A stretch of DNA of 24,656 bases. Source: an uncultured Anaerolineaceae bacterium (GTDB lineage Bacteria; Chloroflexota; Anaerolineae; Aggregatilineales; Aggregatilineaceae). A model generated the notes under the pieces. That model was not told the origin of the DNA and ran no database searches. It worked only from the letters and a program-made list of their open reading frames with translations. The stretch is from contig CAZMNL010000003.1 of NCBI GenBank assembly GCA_964567525.1, positions 1 to 24,656 on the forward strand. Direction: 5' to 3'. Of this stretch, positions 1 to 7,759 are shown piece by piece (within the stretch, counting starts at the first letter, position 1; each line of letters begins with the position of its first letter). Position numbers and translations under genes: made by a program.

Positions 1-2080
1 ACCCCGCCGGGGAGATATGATCAGTGGTCACGGAATCGCCCAGCAGCGCCAGCACACGCGCCCCGGTGATGTTGTTCAGCGGGTCCGGTTCCGGCGCAAG
101 ATCGATGAAGAACGGCGGTTCCTGGATGTAGGTAGATTCCGGCGACCAGTCATAAACCGGGCTGCCCGTCAACGGGATCGCGTTCCAGATTTCGTTACCA
201 TCGTACACATTCGCGTACTGCTCGCGGAACATCTCCGGTTTGACCGCCGCCGTAATCGTTTCGCCAATTTCCTTTTGTGTGGGCCAGATATCGCGCAGAT
301 AGACCGGCTCGCCCTGCGCATTGTGCCCGATAGGTTCGGTCGTGAGATCGATATCGACCGTTCCGGCAATCGCATACGCCACCACCAGCGGCGGTGACGC
401 GAGATAGTTCGCGCGCACATGCGGGTTCACGCGCCCCTCGAAGTTGCGGTTGCCACTCAGGACGGCGGCAGCGACGAGATCGTGCTCTTCGATCACGGCT
501 GCGACCGCTTCGGGCAGTGGGCCGCTGTTACCGATACAGGTGGTACAGCCGTAACCGACCAGGTAAAAACCCAACTGCTCCAGGTACGGCAGCAGCCCGG
601 ATTCTTTCAGATAGCGTGTCACCACTTGCGACCCCGGCGCAAGACTGGTCTTAACGTAAGGCGCAACATGCAGCCCGGCTTCGACGGCTTTCTTCGCCAG
701 CAGCCCGGCCCCAATCATCACCGACGGATTCGAGGTGTTGGTGCAGCTTGTGATCGCCGCGATGACAACAGCCCCCTGGCCTATCTGAACCTTATGTCCA
801 TTGTCCGCCACCGCGCCGCGCTTCGCCAACTGATCCGCAGCCAGGCCAAAGCCCCGCTCCGACGCAGGAGCCGTCAAATCATGCTGGAAAGTCCGCTTCA
901 TGTCGGTAAGCTGCACGCGATCCTGGGGCCGCTTGGGACCAGCTAAACTGGGGACAACCGTTGTCATATCCAGTTCGAGCGTATCGGTATACACCGGGTC
1001 CGGCATATCGTCCGTGCGGAACAAACCCTGCGCCTTAGTGTATTTCTCGACCAGTTCCACCTGCGATTCGGAACGCCCGGTCAGGCGCAGATAACGCAGC
1101 GTTTCCTGATCGACAGGGAAAAAGCCCATCGTCGCGCCATATTCCGGGGCCATGTTCGCCAATGTCGCGCGGTCCGGCAGGCTCAGATTGCTCAGGCCCG
1201 GCCCGAAGAACTCAACGAATTTGCCGACAACGCCTTTACGTCGCAACATCTGTGTGACGGTCAATACAAGGTCGGTCGCAGTAGCGCCTTCAGGCATCTT
1301 GCCATCCAGATTGAAACCAACCACCTCAGGCATGACCATGTAAATCGGCTGATCCAGAATGACCGCTTCCGCCTCAATGCCGCCCACGCCCCAACCAACA
1401 ACGCCCAGGCCGTTGATCATCGTGGTATGCGAGTCCGTGCCAACGAGACTATCTGGATACACAACCATCTGCCCATCAATCGTATCGCTCAATGTGCCAC
1501 GCGCGAGATACTCAAGATTGACCTGGTGTACAATCCCCGTCGCAGGTGGCACTGCGCGGAAGTTTTCGAACGCACCCTGCCCCCAGCGGATGAACTCATA
1601 GCGCTCGCGGTTGCGCTCAAACTCAATTTCGGCGTTGATTTGCAGCGCTTTCGCCGTACCAAAGTGATCCACCTGCACGGAATGATCGATCACCAGATCG
1701 ACCGGGATCACGGGCTGGATGCGCGCCGGGTCGCCGCCCATGCGCTGCATCGCGGAGCGCAGCGCCGCCAGGTCAACCAGCGACGGCACCCCGGTGAAAT
1801 CCTGCAAAATTACACGCGCTGGTTTGAACGGAATCTCTTCGCCGGTCGAGGGGCCGGGCGACCACTGCACGATACGCTCAATGTCCGCGTCGGTGATTTC
1901 GAAACCATTATTGTTACGCAGCGCCGATTCCAGCAGCACCTTGATCGAAAATGGCAGCCGGGCTACCTTTCCGATCCCCTGTTCTTCCAACACATCCAGG
2001 CGATAGTAGTAAAACGTCTCGCCCGCGACCACTAATGCAGTCTTCGCGCTGAACGGATCACGAAATTGTCGGTCAGTCAT
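1..2080 (-). CDS. acnA: Aconitate hydratase AcnA (partial; C-terminus lies beyond the left edge of the window)
   Basis: Manual translation of the minus strand from ATG at 2080 (SD GAGGAAGGA upstream) gives [16 protein letters not shown]...[16 protein letters not shown]. The same frame at the window edge reads [19 protein letters not shown], a hallmark AcnA/IRP motif. Absent from the ORF track because no stop codon falls inside the window. Confidence 0.96.
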   Translation of the reverse strand, partial: MTDRQFRDPFSAKTALVVAGETFYYYRLDVLEEQGIGKVARLPFSIKVLLESALRNNNGFEITDADIERIVQWSPGPSTGEEIPFKPARVILQDFTGVPSLVDLAALRSAMQRMGGDPARIQPVIPVDLVIDHSVQVDHFGTAKALQINAEIEFERNRERYEFIRWGQGAFENFRAVPPATGIVHQVNLEYLARGTLSDTIDGQMVVYPDSLVGTDSHTTMINGLGVVGWGVGGIEAEAVILDQPIYMVMPEVVGFNLDGKMPEGATATDLVLTVTQMLRRKGVVGKFVEFFGPGLSNLSLPDRATLANMAPEYGATMGFFPVDQETLRYLRLTGRSESQVELVEKYTKAQGLFRTDDMPDPVYTDTLELDMTTVVPSLAGPKRPQDRVQLTDMKRTFQHDLTAPASERGFGLAADQLAKRGAVADNGHKVQIGQGAVVIAAITSCTNTSNPSVMIGAGLLAKKAVEAGLHVAPYVKTSLAPGSQVVTRYLKESGLLPYLEQLGFYLVGYGCTTCIGNSGPLPEAVAAVIEEHDLVAAAVLSGNRNFEGRVNPHVRANYLASPPLVVAYAIAGTVDIDLTTEPIGHNAQGEPVYLRDIWPTQKEIGETITAAVKPEMFREQYANVYDGNEIWNAIPLTGSPVYDWSPESTYIQEPPFFIDLAPEPDPLNNITGARVLALLGDSVTTDHISPAG

Positions 2081-2152
2081 TTAGCCGTCCTTCCTCAACT
2101 ATGTGCCTATACCCAGTCTTGTTGACTGTTGCGGGGAGTTTATACAGCGCGT

Positions 2153-2161
2153 ATTATACCA
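2153..2161 (-). promoter_or_regulatory. Putative extended -10 promoter of acnA (TGgTATAAT)
   Basis: Minus strand reads TGGTATAAT about 75 nt upstream of the acnA ATG; no convincing -35. Confidence 0.55.
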
Positions 2162-2243
2162 AACCCAGCCCCCAGTGGGTCAGGTGCTGCGGATGTGAAT
2201 ACGGTCGGGTTTTTGCCCCAACCCAGCAGCCCCAGGAATTTTG

Positions 2244-2272
2244 TTGCACCATCCCCTTTGTTTGATTATAAT
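2244..2272 (+). promoter_or_regulatory. Putative sigma70 promoter for the 2344-4394 operon
   Basis: TTGCAC (2244-2249), 17-nt spacer, TATAAT (2267-2272). Confidence 0.65.
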
Positions 2273-2284
2273 AACCGCTTGCAA

Positions 2285-2308
2285 GTAACCATATTGTAAC
2301 CACAATAT
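2285..2308. promoter_or_regulatory. Putative operator: ATATTGT-N4-ACAATAT palindrome overlapping a GTAACCA direct repeat
   Basis: Perfect 7-bp inverted repeat (2291-2297 / 2302-2308). GTAACCA occurs at 2285 and 2296, an 11-bp period. It lies just downstream of the predicted transcription start. Confidence 0.45.
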
Positions 2309-2343
2309 CACCTGTATACCTAAGCGCGTTGTAGGGCGAGACA

Positions 2344-3918
2344 TTGCTTCAGATCCAAACCACCACTGAACAGTACTGGACCGAGAAGTTCGAAATCACG
2401 GACGAAGATATCGAGCATGTCTTCAACGTGTTCCTGGAAACAGAAGCGCCGCTGACCAGTGCCGAACTTGCCAAACACCTCATCAAATCCCGCATCGATC
2501 AGGAAAAACAGCTCTTACGCCACCAGATTGAGCGCGGCGATCTGTTCCAGCCGCAAAACGCCTATACGGTCGGGCAAAGCCTGATTTTCCCGGCCCTGGG
2601 TTATAAAGCCGGTGAAATCGTCGATAAGCGGCCCGGCAATAATCCTGAGCACGGAGAATTTATCGTTATCAAGGTTTCATTCGAATCCGGCGAAGAACTG
2701 GAATTCGCCAGCGAACTGCAAACCGATCATACGCTGAATATCTCGCAAGAAGTGCCGCTGCAAGACCTCGTGGGGACAACAGATATCGAACGCCTGATGC
2801 GAGAGTACGGGGACGATATCATTTACCTGCTCGAAGAACGACTGCGCCAGGAACAGGATGCCGTCTACTTCGCCGGGCGCTGGTTCCTGAAATCGCTGCT
2901 GGCCGATGTCAGCATCGCCCATCTGCACCTTGCTGAAGCGGTACTGGTCATGCACGAGGGCGGCCCACTGGATACCAGGAACATCCTCAGCGAGATCGAC
3001 TTATCGGACGAGGTAAATACGCGGTTGCAGATGTTCTCACTGGATCATGCGCTGTTCAACGACAAACGTTTCGACGAAGTGGGACCAGCAGGGCATGTGA
3101 TGTGGTACCTCAACGACATGGAACCCCCGGAAGTAGCCACCCTACCTCAATGGCTGCGATACGAACCAGTTGACTATAACTGGCAGGTGCTCACCAACGA
3201 ACTGGCCGCGCTGGAACGCGAACTCGATGATGAGCTTTCCAACCTGCGCTCGCCGTCCGACCTGCCGGATTCCGTGACCTTCAGCCTGAATTATCCGCAC
3301 CGCCGTGCCGGTACACTGCCGCTAAGCTCGCGCGTGCGCCACCTCTTCCCCACCGCTTATGAAGCACCGCGCGTTTTGATGACGCTGGTGGACGGGCAAA
3401 CCGGGGACGAAATGATTGGCTGGGTCGTGCGCGAGAATCGTTATGTATTTGGGCTGAACGACTTCTACCGCCGCCATAAACTGCCGGTCGGCGCGTACAT
3501 CACGGTCCGCCGCTCGGACGATCCCTCTCGTGTGATCATCGACTATCACGCCCACCGCCCCCGCACAGAGTGGATTCGCCTGGCCGTGCCCCACGAGGGT
3601 GGGAACCTGACCTTTACCAATGACAAGCGTGCAATCGGGGCCGAATACGACGACCTGATGGTCTTCGGGACCGATAACCTGGCCGGGCTGGATTCCTACT
3701 GGGTTTCCGCCGCCGCCAGCAAACCCACGCTTTTGGACACCATTCGAGATGTTTTGGGCGAACTGCAACACCTGACACCACAACAAGCCGTTCACGCCAA
3801 AACCGTCTACAGCACCGTAAACGCCACACGCCGCTGTCCACCCGGCCCAATATTCGCTGCGTTGGTTGCCCAGCCAGCCTTTGAGCACGTGGGCGGCCCC
3901 TATTGGCGCTTAACCTGA
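2344..3918 (+). CDS. Hypothetical multidomain protein, 524 aa (putative wHTH repeats, CarD-like and B3-like modules)
   Basis: Long ORF with TTG start behind a good promoter and typical composition. No enzyme motif recognised; domain guesses are by eye (see findings). Confidence 0.85.
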   Translation: MLQIQTTTEQYWTEKFEITDEDIEHVFNVFLETEAPLTSAELAKHLIKSRIDQEKQLLRHQIERGDLFQPQNAYTVGQSLIFPALGYKAGEIVDKRPGNNPEHGEFIVIKVSFESGEELEFASELQTDHTLNISQEVPLQDLVGTTDIERLMREYGDDIIYLLEERLRQEQDAVYFAGRWFLKSLLADVSIAHLHLAEAVLVMHEGGPLDTRNILSEIDLSDEVNTRLQMFSLDHALFNDKRFDEVGPAGHVMWYLNDMEPPEVATLPQWLRYEPVDYNWQVLTNELAALERELDDELSNLRSPSDLPDSVTFSLNYPHRRAGTLPLSSRVRHLFPTAYEAPRVLMTLVDGQTGDEMIGWVVRENRYVFGLNDFYRRHKLPVGAYITVRRSDDPSRVIIDYHAHRPRTEWIRLAVPHEGGNLTFTNDKRAIGAEYDDLMVFGTDNLAGLDSYWVSAAASKPTLLDTIRDVLGELQHLTPQQAVHAKTVYSTVNATRRCPPGPIFAALVAQPAFEHVGGPYWRLT

Positions 3919-3947
3919 TTAGAAGGTTGACACGTTAGGATAGTTCC

Positions 3948-4394
3948 GTGAGTTCATCAGCCAGCACAGCCAGCAGACGCATTAAACCGACGCTTGAAAC
4001 CAAGTTCCACATTGATTACAACTGGTGGGAACGCGAAGAACGCGAGCTGCGCGTCTACTTGCTGAGTCACTTGCCACCGCAGCAGCGAGAATTGTTTGCC
4101 AGGCAGACAGATGCTGACGCCGAAGAAATTGATTTTGTGGACCCGGTGACCGCCCAGGTTTACAAAGTCGATCCGCTGCGTCGGGCGCTGCAATCTGCCA
4201 GCGAACAAGAAGACTTCATCACCCCGCATACCTCGTTGGTCGATGCCGTCTTTCGCGTCTTTCTGGCGAACAACAATACCCCCCTCACCCCACTTGAACT
4301 GGGAGAACGCACCGGTCGCCAACCAATGACGATTCTGCGAACGCTGACAGGGCAAAATGTGTACAAGGGGCTGCGTCCGTTCATCGAAAAGTAA
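3948..4394 (+). CDS. Hypothetical protein, 148 aa, with a C-terminal winged-helix-like segment
   Basis: GTG start with AGGA SD, 29 nt after the upstream stop. C-terminal SLVDAVFRVFLANNNTPLTPLELGERTGRQPMTILRTL has an HTH-like pattern. Confidence 0.85.
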   Translation: MSSSASTASRRIKPTLETKFHIDYNWWEREERELRVYLLSHLPPQQRELFARQTDADAEEIDFVDPVTAQVYKVDPLRRALQSASEQEDFITPHTSLVDAVFRVFLANNNTPLTPLELGERTGRQPMTILRTLTGQNVYKGLRPFIEK

Positions 4395-4424
4395 CATGCA
4401 CCAACAAACAGGTAAAACTCTTGC

Positions 4425-4454
4425 TTGACACACGCCACCCCCGTCTTTTACAAT
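4425..4454 (+). promoter_or_regulatory. Putative sigma70 promoter of the tRNA
   Basis: TTGACA (4425-4430), 18-nt spacer, TACAAT (4449-4454), ending 11 nt before the tRNA. Confidence 0.7.
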
Positions 4455-4465
4455 GGCGGCGGCTG

Positions 4466-4539
4466 GCCCCTGTAGCTCAGTGGACTAGAGCAACTGCCTT
4501 CTAAGCAGCAGGTCGGGGGTTCGAATCCCTCCAGGGGCG
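4466..4539 (+). tRNA. tRNA-Arg (anticodon TCT); 3' CCA not encoded
   Basis: Acceptor stem GCCCCTG/CAGGGGC, D-arm TAGCTCAGTGGACTAGAGC, anticodon loop CTTCTAA (TCT at 4500-4502), T-loop GTTCGAATC. Discriminator G4539 is followed by CAC, not CCA. Confidence 0.96.
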
Positions 4540-4562
4540 CACGGCAAAGCACAGCACTATAC

Positions 4563-4590
4563 AAAAAACCCGCCAATACTGGCGGGTTTC
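4563..4590. terminator. Probable bidirectional intrinsic terminator between the tRNA and the convergent BTAD gene
   Basis: AAACCCGCCA-ATAC-TGGCGGGTTT hairpin, with an A6 run on the left (U-tract on the minus strand) and TTTCGCTTTC on the right. Confidence 0.8.
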
Positions 4591-4595
4591 GCTTT

Positions 4596-4622
4596 CTAAC
4601 AGGTGGCTAACAGGTGGCTGAC
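4596..4622. repeat. Tandem 11-bp direct repeat CTAACAGGTGG x2, followed by a partial CTGAC
   Basis: Exact copies at 4596-4606 and 4607-4617. Confidence 0.8.
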
Positions 4623-4639
4623 TTTCCAGCAGCGACCGC

Positions 4640-5917
4640 TTAGGACATGATCGACGCGTACAGCGCCTGTGTTTCGGGTTCGGGTTCCTGCCCGTCTTCC
4701 TTCAGCAGTTCGATCAACTTCTGGTAATGCGCGGCGGCCTCGCTGCGACGGCCCAGGCTGGCGTAAAGCTGCATGATCTGGCGATGGATCGGCTCATAGC
4801 GGTCGTTTTCACCTACCGCCCGCTGAAGCAATCCCAGCGCATGCTGCTGGCGACCTTCGTCCAGCCGGATTTGCGCCATCTGGCTCAGCGCTTCGAGATA
4901 GCCCTTCTGGTAATCCGCGCGCCGCTCGACAATCCATTGATCGGTGTGCCCTTGCAGGAACGGCCCCTGATACATATCAATCGCCGCCTGCCAGACGGAA
5001 GCTTTATCTTCAACCTCTGGCGAACGCCCGTCCACCAGTGCGCCCACAAATTCCATAATGTCGTAATGTACGGAAACCTGAGGATTGACACGGTAATAGC
5101 CGCCGTCATGCACCAGCACATCGAAGTTGAGCGCCTTGTGCAAACGCCGCTTGGTCACATGGAACACGTTCACGGCCTGGTCATTTTCCAGGTCCGGCCA
5201 GAACGCCTGGCAGATTTCCGAACGGGTCACGACCGGGCGATCCAGCGCGAAGAAAAACAGCAGGCGCGGCAGATGCCCTTCCCAGGTTTCGATCTGCTCG
5301 TCATTGAGCGAAACATACCCCGGCCCCAATGCTTGCACATCCAGGTGCGTGTCACCGGAAGTACGCATCCCGTAAAAGTTGTTCGCCACAACCTGATCGT
5401 CTTCCAGGATAACGGCTTTACGCTGGGCGATCAGCGATACCCAGGGAAGGCGCGGAAGCGTGCGGCTGTTGATCAACATCTGGCAGTGCTGCGGCAACCG
5501 CAAAATGACCTTTTCGACAAACGCCTGGATATCATCCGCGCTGTCTGTGCGGTCGTATTCATCCAGGATCAACAGAAACGGTTCGCCGCTTAACTCGCTG
5601 AGATCGGCGACAAAGGCTTGCAGCAGCAGCTCGAAGTCCAGGTTTTCCTCGGTTTCAAAATGAATCTGGTTCAGGTGCCGCCCAAAAGTCGGGTGCTGGT
5701 TCGCCAGATCGTGCGTGATACCGAGCAAGAAAGAACGGATATTGACATCATCCGGCCCCATCGCATAGAAAAAAACCTGGGTGTTTGGGTCGCTCATCAA
5801 CTGCGCCACTAACACAGAACGGTAACGCCCATCAGGATGCAGCAGCACTACGCTAGCATCGCGTGCGCGTTCCTTAAATGCCTGGTATGAGGCAGTAACC
5901 AAATTGTTCAGTTCCAT
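4640..5917 (-). CDS. BTAD/SARP-family transcriptional regulator with a degenerate MalT-like (STAND) N-terminal domain
   Basis: N-terminal Walker-B-like FLLILDEYD and LINSRTLP; central wHTH (VVTRSEICQAFWPD...FHVTKRRLHKAL); C-terminal BTAD (AIDMYQGPFL...W...ERR, EPIHRQIMQLY...GRRSEA, EPEPET). Confidence 0.88.
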   Translation of the reverse strand: MELNNLVTASYQAFKERARDASVVLLHPDGRYRSVLVAQLMSDPNTQVFFYAMGPDDVNIRSFLLGITHDLANQHPTFGRHLNQIHFETEENLDFELLLQAFVADLSELSGEPFLLILDEYDRTDSADDIQAFVEKVILRLPQHCQMLINSRTLPRLPWVSLIAQRKAVILEDDQVVANNFYGMRTSGDTHLDVQALGPGYVSLNDEQIETWEGHLPRLLFFFALDRPVVTRSEICQAFWPDLENDQAVNVFHVTKRRLHKALNFDVLVHDGGYYRVNPQVSVHYDIMEFVGALVDGRSPEVEDKASVWQAAIDMYQGPFLQGHTDQWIVERRADYQKGYLEALSQMAQIRLDEGRQQHALGLLQRAVGENDRYEPIHRQIMQLYASLGRRSEAAAHYQKLIELLKEDGQEPEPETQALYASIMS

Positions 5918-5960
5918 AGCTCAGTAGTCCCCTGTATCCACTCCAAAATCGGTCTTTTTT

Positions 5961-5989
5961 AGTATAATCACGTTATTTCTATAAGGCAA
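5961..5989 (-). promoter_or_regulatory. Putative sigma70 promoter of the BTAD regulator
   Basis: Minus strand: TTGCCT, 17-nt spacer, TATACT. Confidence 0.6.
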
Positions 5990-6208
5990 GTGCTAAGGTC
6001 AAGGTAGTTTCAACTTACCAATTATGCTGATTTCGAATAGTAATCCGCTTACAAACACCTCCAAACTCCCTGAAAATGCACGTGGCGGCAATCAACCATC
6101 CCCAAAACAGCCAATATCAGGTATTATTGATGGCATATTCTGCGCACCAAATCACCCGTTCATCTTCATCAACTATTGAAAATGGCTTAAGAACCGGTTG
6201 GTGAATTA

Positions 6209-6237
6209 TTGTTACGCGTCAAAATATGTGGTACTTT
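6209..6237 (+). promoter_or_regulatory. Putative promoter of the 6290-7651 operon
   Basis: TTGTTA, 17-nt spacer, TACTTT, preceded by an extended -10 TG (6229-6230). Confidence 0.4.
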
Positions 6238-6289
6238 GTCTATACACATTCCTTTGAATAGCCAATAAGCGACAAAGTGAGCCGGTTCC

Positions 6290-6736
6290 ATGTACAAAAC
6301 AGTGCGAAATCTAACAATCCTGGGCGTGGGCCTGGGGGCAAGTGCCGTTGTAGGCTGGTTATTACTGCGCGAAACCAAGCGCCAGGACAGCGAAGCCAGT
6401 GTCACAATCAAGTCGCAACGCCGTCAATCCGAACTGGATGAATCTCCGCAGATTGTGCTGCCGCTGGATGCCCTGGATGCCGAAGATGATACGCCTCCCC
6501 CCTCAACACGCCATGACACCAACGCGCAAACTGACGATCTGACACAGATCAACGATATTGGCCCCCGGTTTGCCGAAGCGCTGGCCGCCATCGGCATCAC
6601 CCGCTTTGCCGATCTCGCGCAGCAAGATGCGGAGACTCTGGCGGCGCGCCTGGCCGAACATGTCACCGTCCGCGCGCGGCGTATTCAAGAAAAAGACTGG
6701 ATCGGGCAGGCGGCACGGCTTGCAGAACAGCGCTAA
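6290..6736 (+). CDS. Membrane-anchored helix-hairpin-helix protein (COG3743/DUF4332-like C-terminal HhH domain)
   Basis: N-terminal hydrophobic helix (LTILGVGLGASAVVGWLLL), acidic linker, then DDLTQINDIGPRFAEALAAIGITRFADLA...DWIGQA, the HhH module seen fused to NuoE and RplU. Confidence 0.8.
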   Translation: MYKTVRNLTILGVGLGASAVVGWLLLRETKRQDSEASVTIKSQRRQSELDESPQIVLPLDALDAEDDTPPPSTRHDTNAQTDDLTQINDIGPRFAEALAAIGITRFADLAQQDAETLAARLAEHVTVRARRIQEKDWIGQAARLAEQR

Positions 6737-6741
6737 CCATC

Positions 6742-7077
6742 ATGTCCACATCAACGCCGCTTGATATCACGCTCCACCAGTCCGAAGGTGTTCTGATCAT
6801 CACGTGGTCAGACAGCCGTGTCTGCCGCTACCCAGTCGGTCCGCTGCGTATGGCCTGCCCCTGCGCCGAGTGTCGCGGCGGTCACGAGAATATGGGGCGG
6901 CATGGTGATCCCGCTAACCTGCTGGACCTGCAACCCGACCGCCCATACACAATCGAACGGATCGAACTCGTCGGGCATTACGCCCTACAACTCGTTTGGA
7001 ACGATGGACACGATTCGGGTATCTATACGTGGGACTACCTGTACCGGCTGTGTCCACAGGAGAACCAGAATGCTTGA
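6742..7077 (+). CDS. DUF971 / gamma-butyrobetaine-hydroxylase-like N-terminal domain protein
   Basis: LIITWSD...LRMACPCAECRG...VGHYALQLVWNDGHDSGIYTWDYL matches the family pattern (CPCAxC, GxYA, WxDGHxxGIY). Confidence 0.9.
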   Translation: MSTSTPLDITLHQSEGVLIITWSDSRVCRYPVGPLRMACPCAECRGGHENMGRHGDPANLLDLQPDRPYTIERIELVGHYALQLVWNDGHDSGIYTWDYLYRLCPQENQNA

Positions 7078-7651
7078 ACATGCTCTTAACCAGGAACTGC
7101 TTTCGCTGACAGAGTTCAACCATCTGCGGCTGGAAGCCATGCGCCTGTTCGAAGGCTGCCTGACAAGCGGCAATGATCTCCCGCTGGTGGAGTTCATTCA
7201 GCACCAGCTTGCGCACACTCCCCCTCATCTCCACCTGCTCCACGACATCGCCGACGACCTTCAACAGCGCCTGCTATCCTTAAGAGAGCACCACTTCGAC
7301 GTTCGAGAACGAGTTGTATCAACCCTCGGCGAAAGTTACGAGATCGACATCACGCCATTGGCTCCGGCGGATCAGCTTGGCAGCTACCATCAACTGCACA
7401 CCGAAACACTCATGGCCTACATCCAACAACGCACCAGCGACATTTCGGATGACGAACTCGCCATGCTGCAAAAAATGCTTGATGCATCCCTAAACATGGC
7501 AGGCCAGTTGTACAAGGATATCCAGATGGCACAACGCCTGCACACCCTGATCCTGGATTGGCTGAACGGGCTAAATTCGCTAATCATCCGCCAGCATTGG
7601 CCCTCAACAACACCGCTTCAAAAAGGCCACGATCTCGCCACACAGCACTAA
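7070..7651 (+). CDS. Hypothetical alpha-helical protein, 193 aa
   Basis: ATG at 7070 with CAGGAG SD, overlapping the DUF971 stop by 8 nt. The 6818 start in the ORF track is an upstream extension running over the DUF971 gene. Confidence 0.78.
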   Translation: MLEHALNQELLSLTEFNHLRLEAMRLFEGCLTSGNDLPLVEFIQHQLAHTPPHLHLLHDIADDLQQRLLSLREHHFDVRERVVSTLGESYEIDITPLAPADQLGSYHQLHTETLMAYIQQRTSDISDDELAMLQKMLDASLNMAGQLYKDIQMAQRLHTLILDWLNGLNSLIIRQHWPSTTPLQKGHDLATQH

Positions 7652-7673
7652 GCGGCGGTGGATGCAAAGCCCA

Positions 7674-7713
7674 CAGCCGGCGCGAACGACTTGCGGCGGC
7701 TGCTCTTTTTTTT
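7674..7713 (+). terminator. Intrinsic terminator (possibly an attenuator) upstream of hpt
   Basis: CAGCCG...CGGCTG GC-rich stem followed by CTC and T8 (7706-7713). Confidence 0.65.
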
Positions 7714-7759
7714 CTAAACCGGCACAACGCCGCACACATCATTCACCACGAGGAATATC

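Noticed and set aside
17-2035. Several plus-strand ORFs (17-397, 419-946, 1427-2035 and others)
   Set aside because: They are antisense shadows of acnA in GC-rich DNA, with no motifs or ribosome-binding sites.
2289-2315. CACAATAT / ATATTGT resembling NrdR-box halves
   Set aside because: The best 16-mer matches only about 11/16 of the consensus, there is no second box at the usual spacing, and no nrd gene is present.
4727-5593. 288-aa plus-strand ORF
   Set aside because: Lies entirely antisense to the BTAD regulator and has no recognisable domain.
5970-5996. AGTGCTAA resembling the right half of a CIRCE element
   Set aside because: There is no TTAGCACTC left arm at the required 9-bp spacing, and no chaperone gene is adjacent.
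6818-7069. N-terminal extension of the 277-aa ORF
   Set aside because: It overlaps the DUF971 gene in another frame; a better start with an SD lies at 7070.
7652-7759. Purine riboswitch upstream of hpt
   Set aside because: The conserved aptamer core is absent and there is too little room before the terminator.
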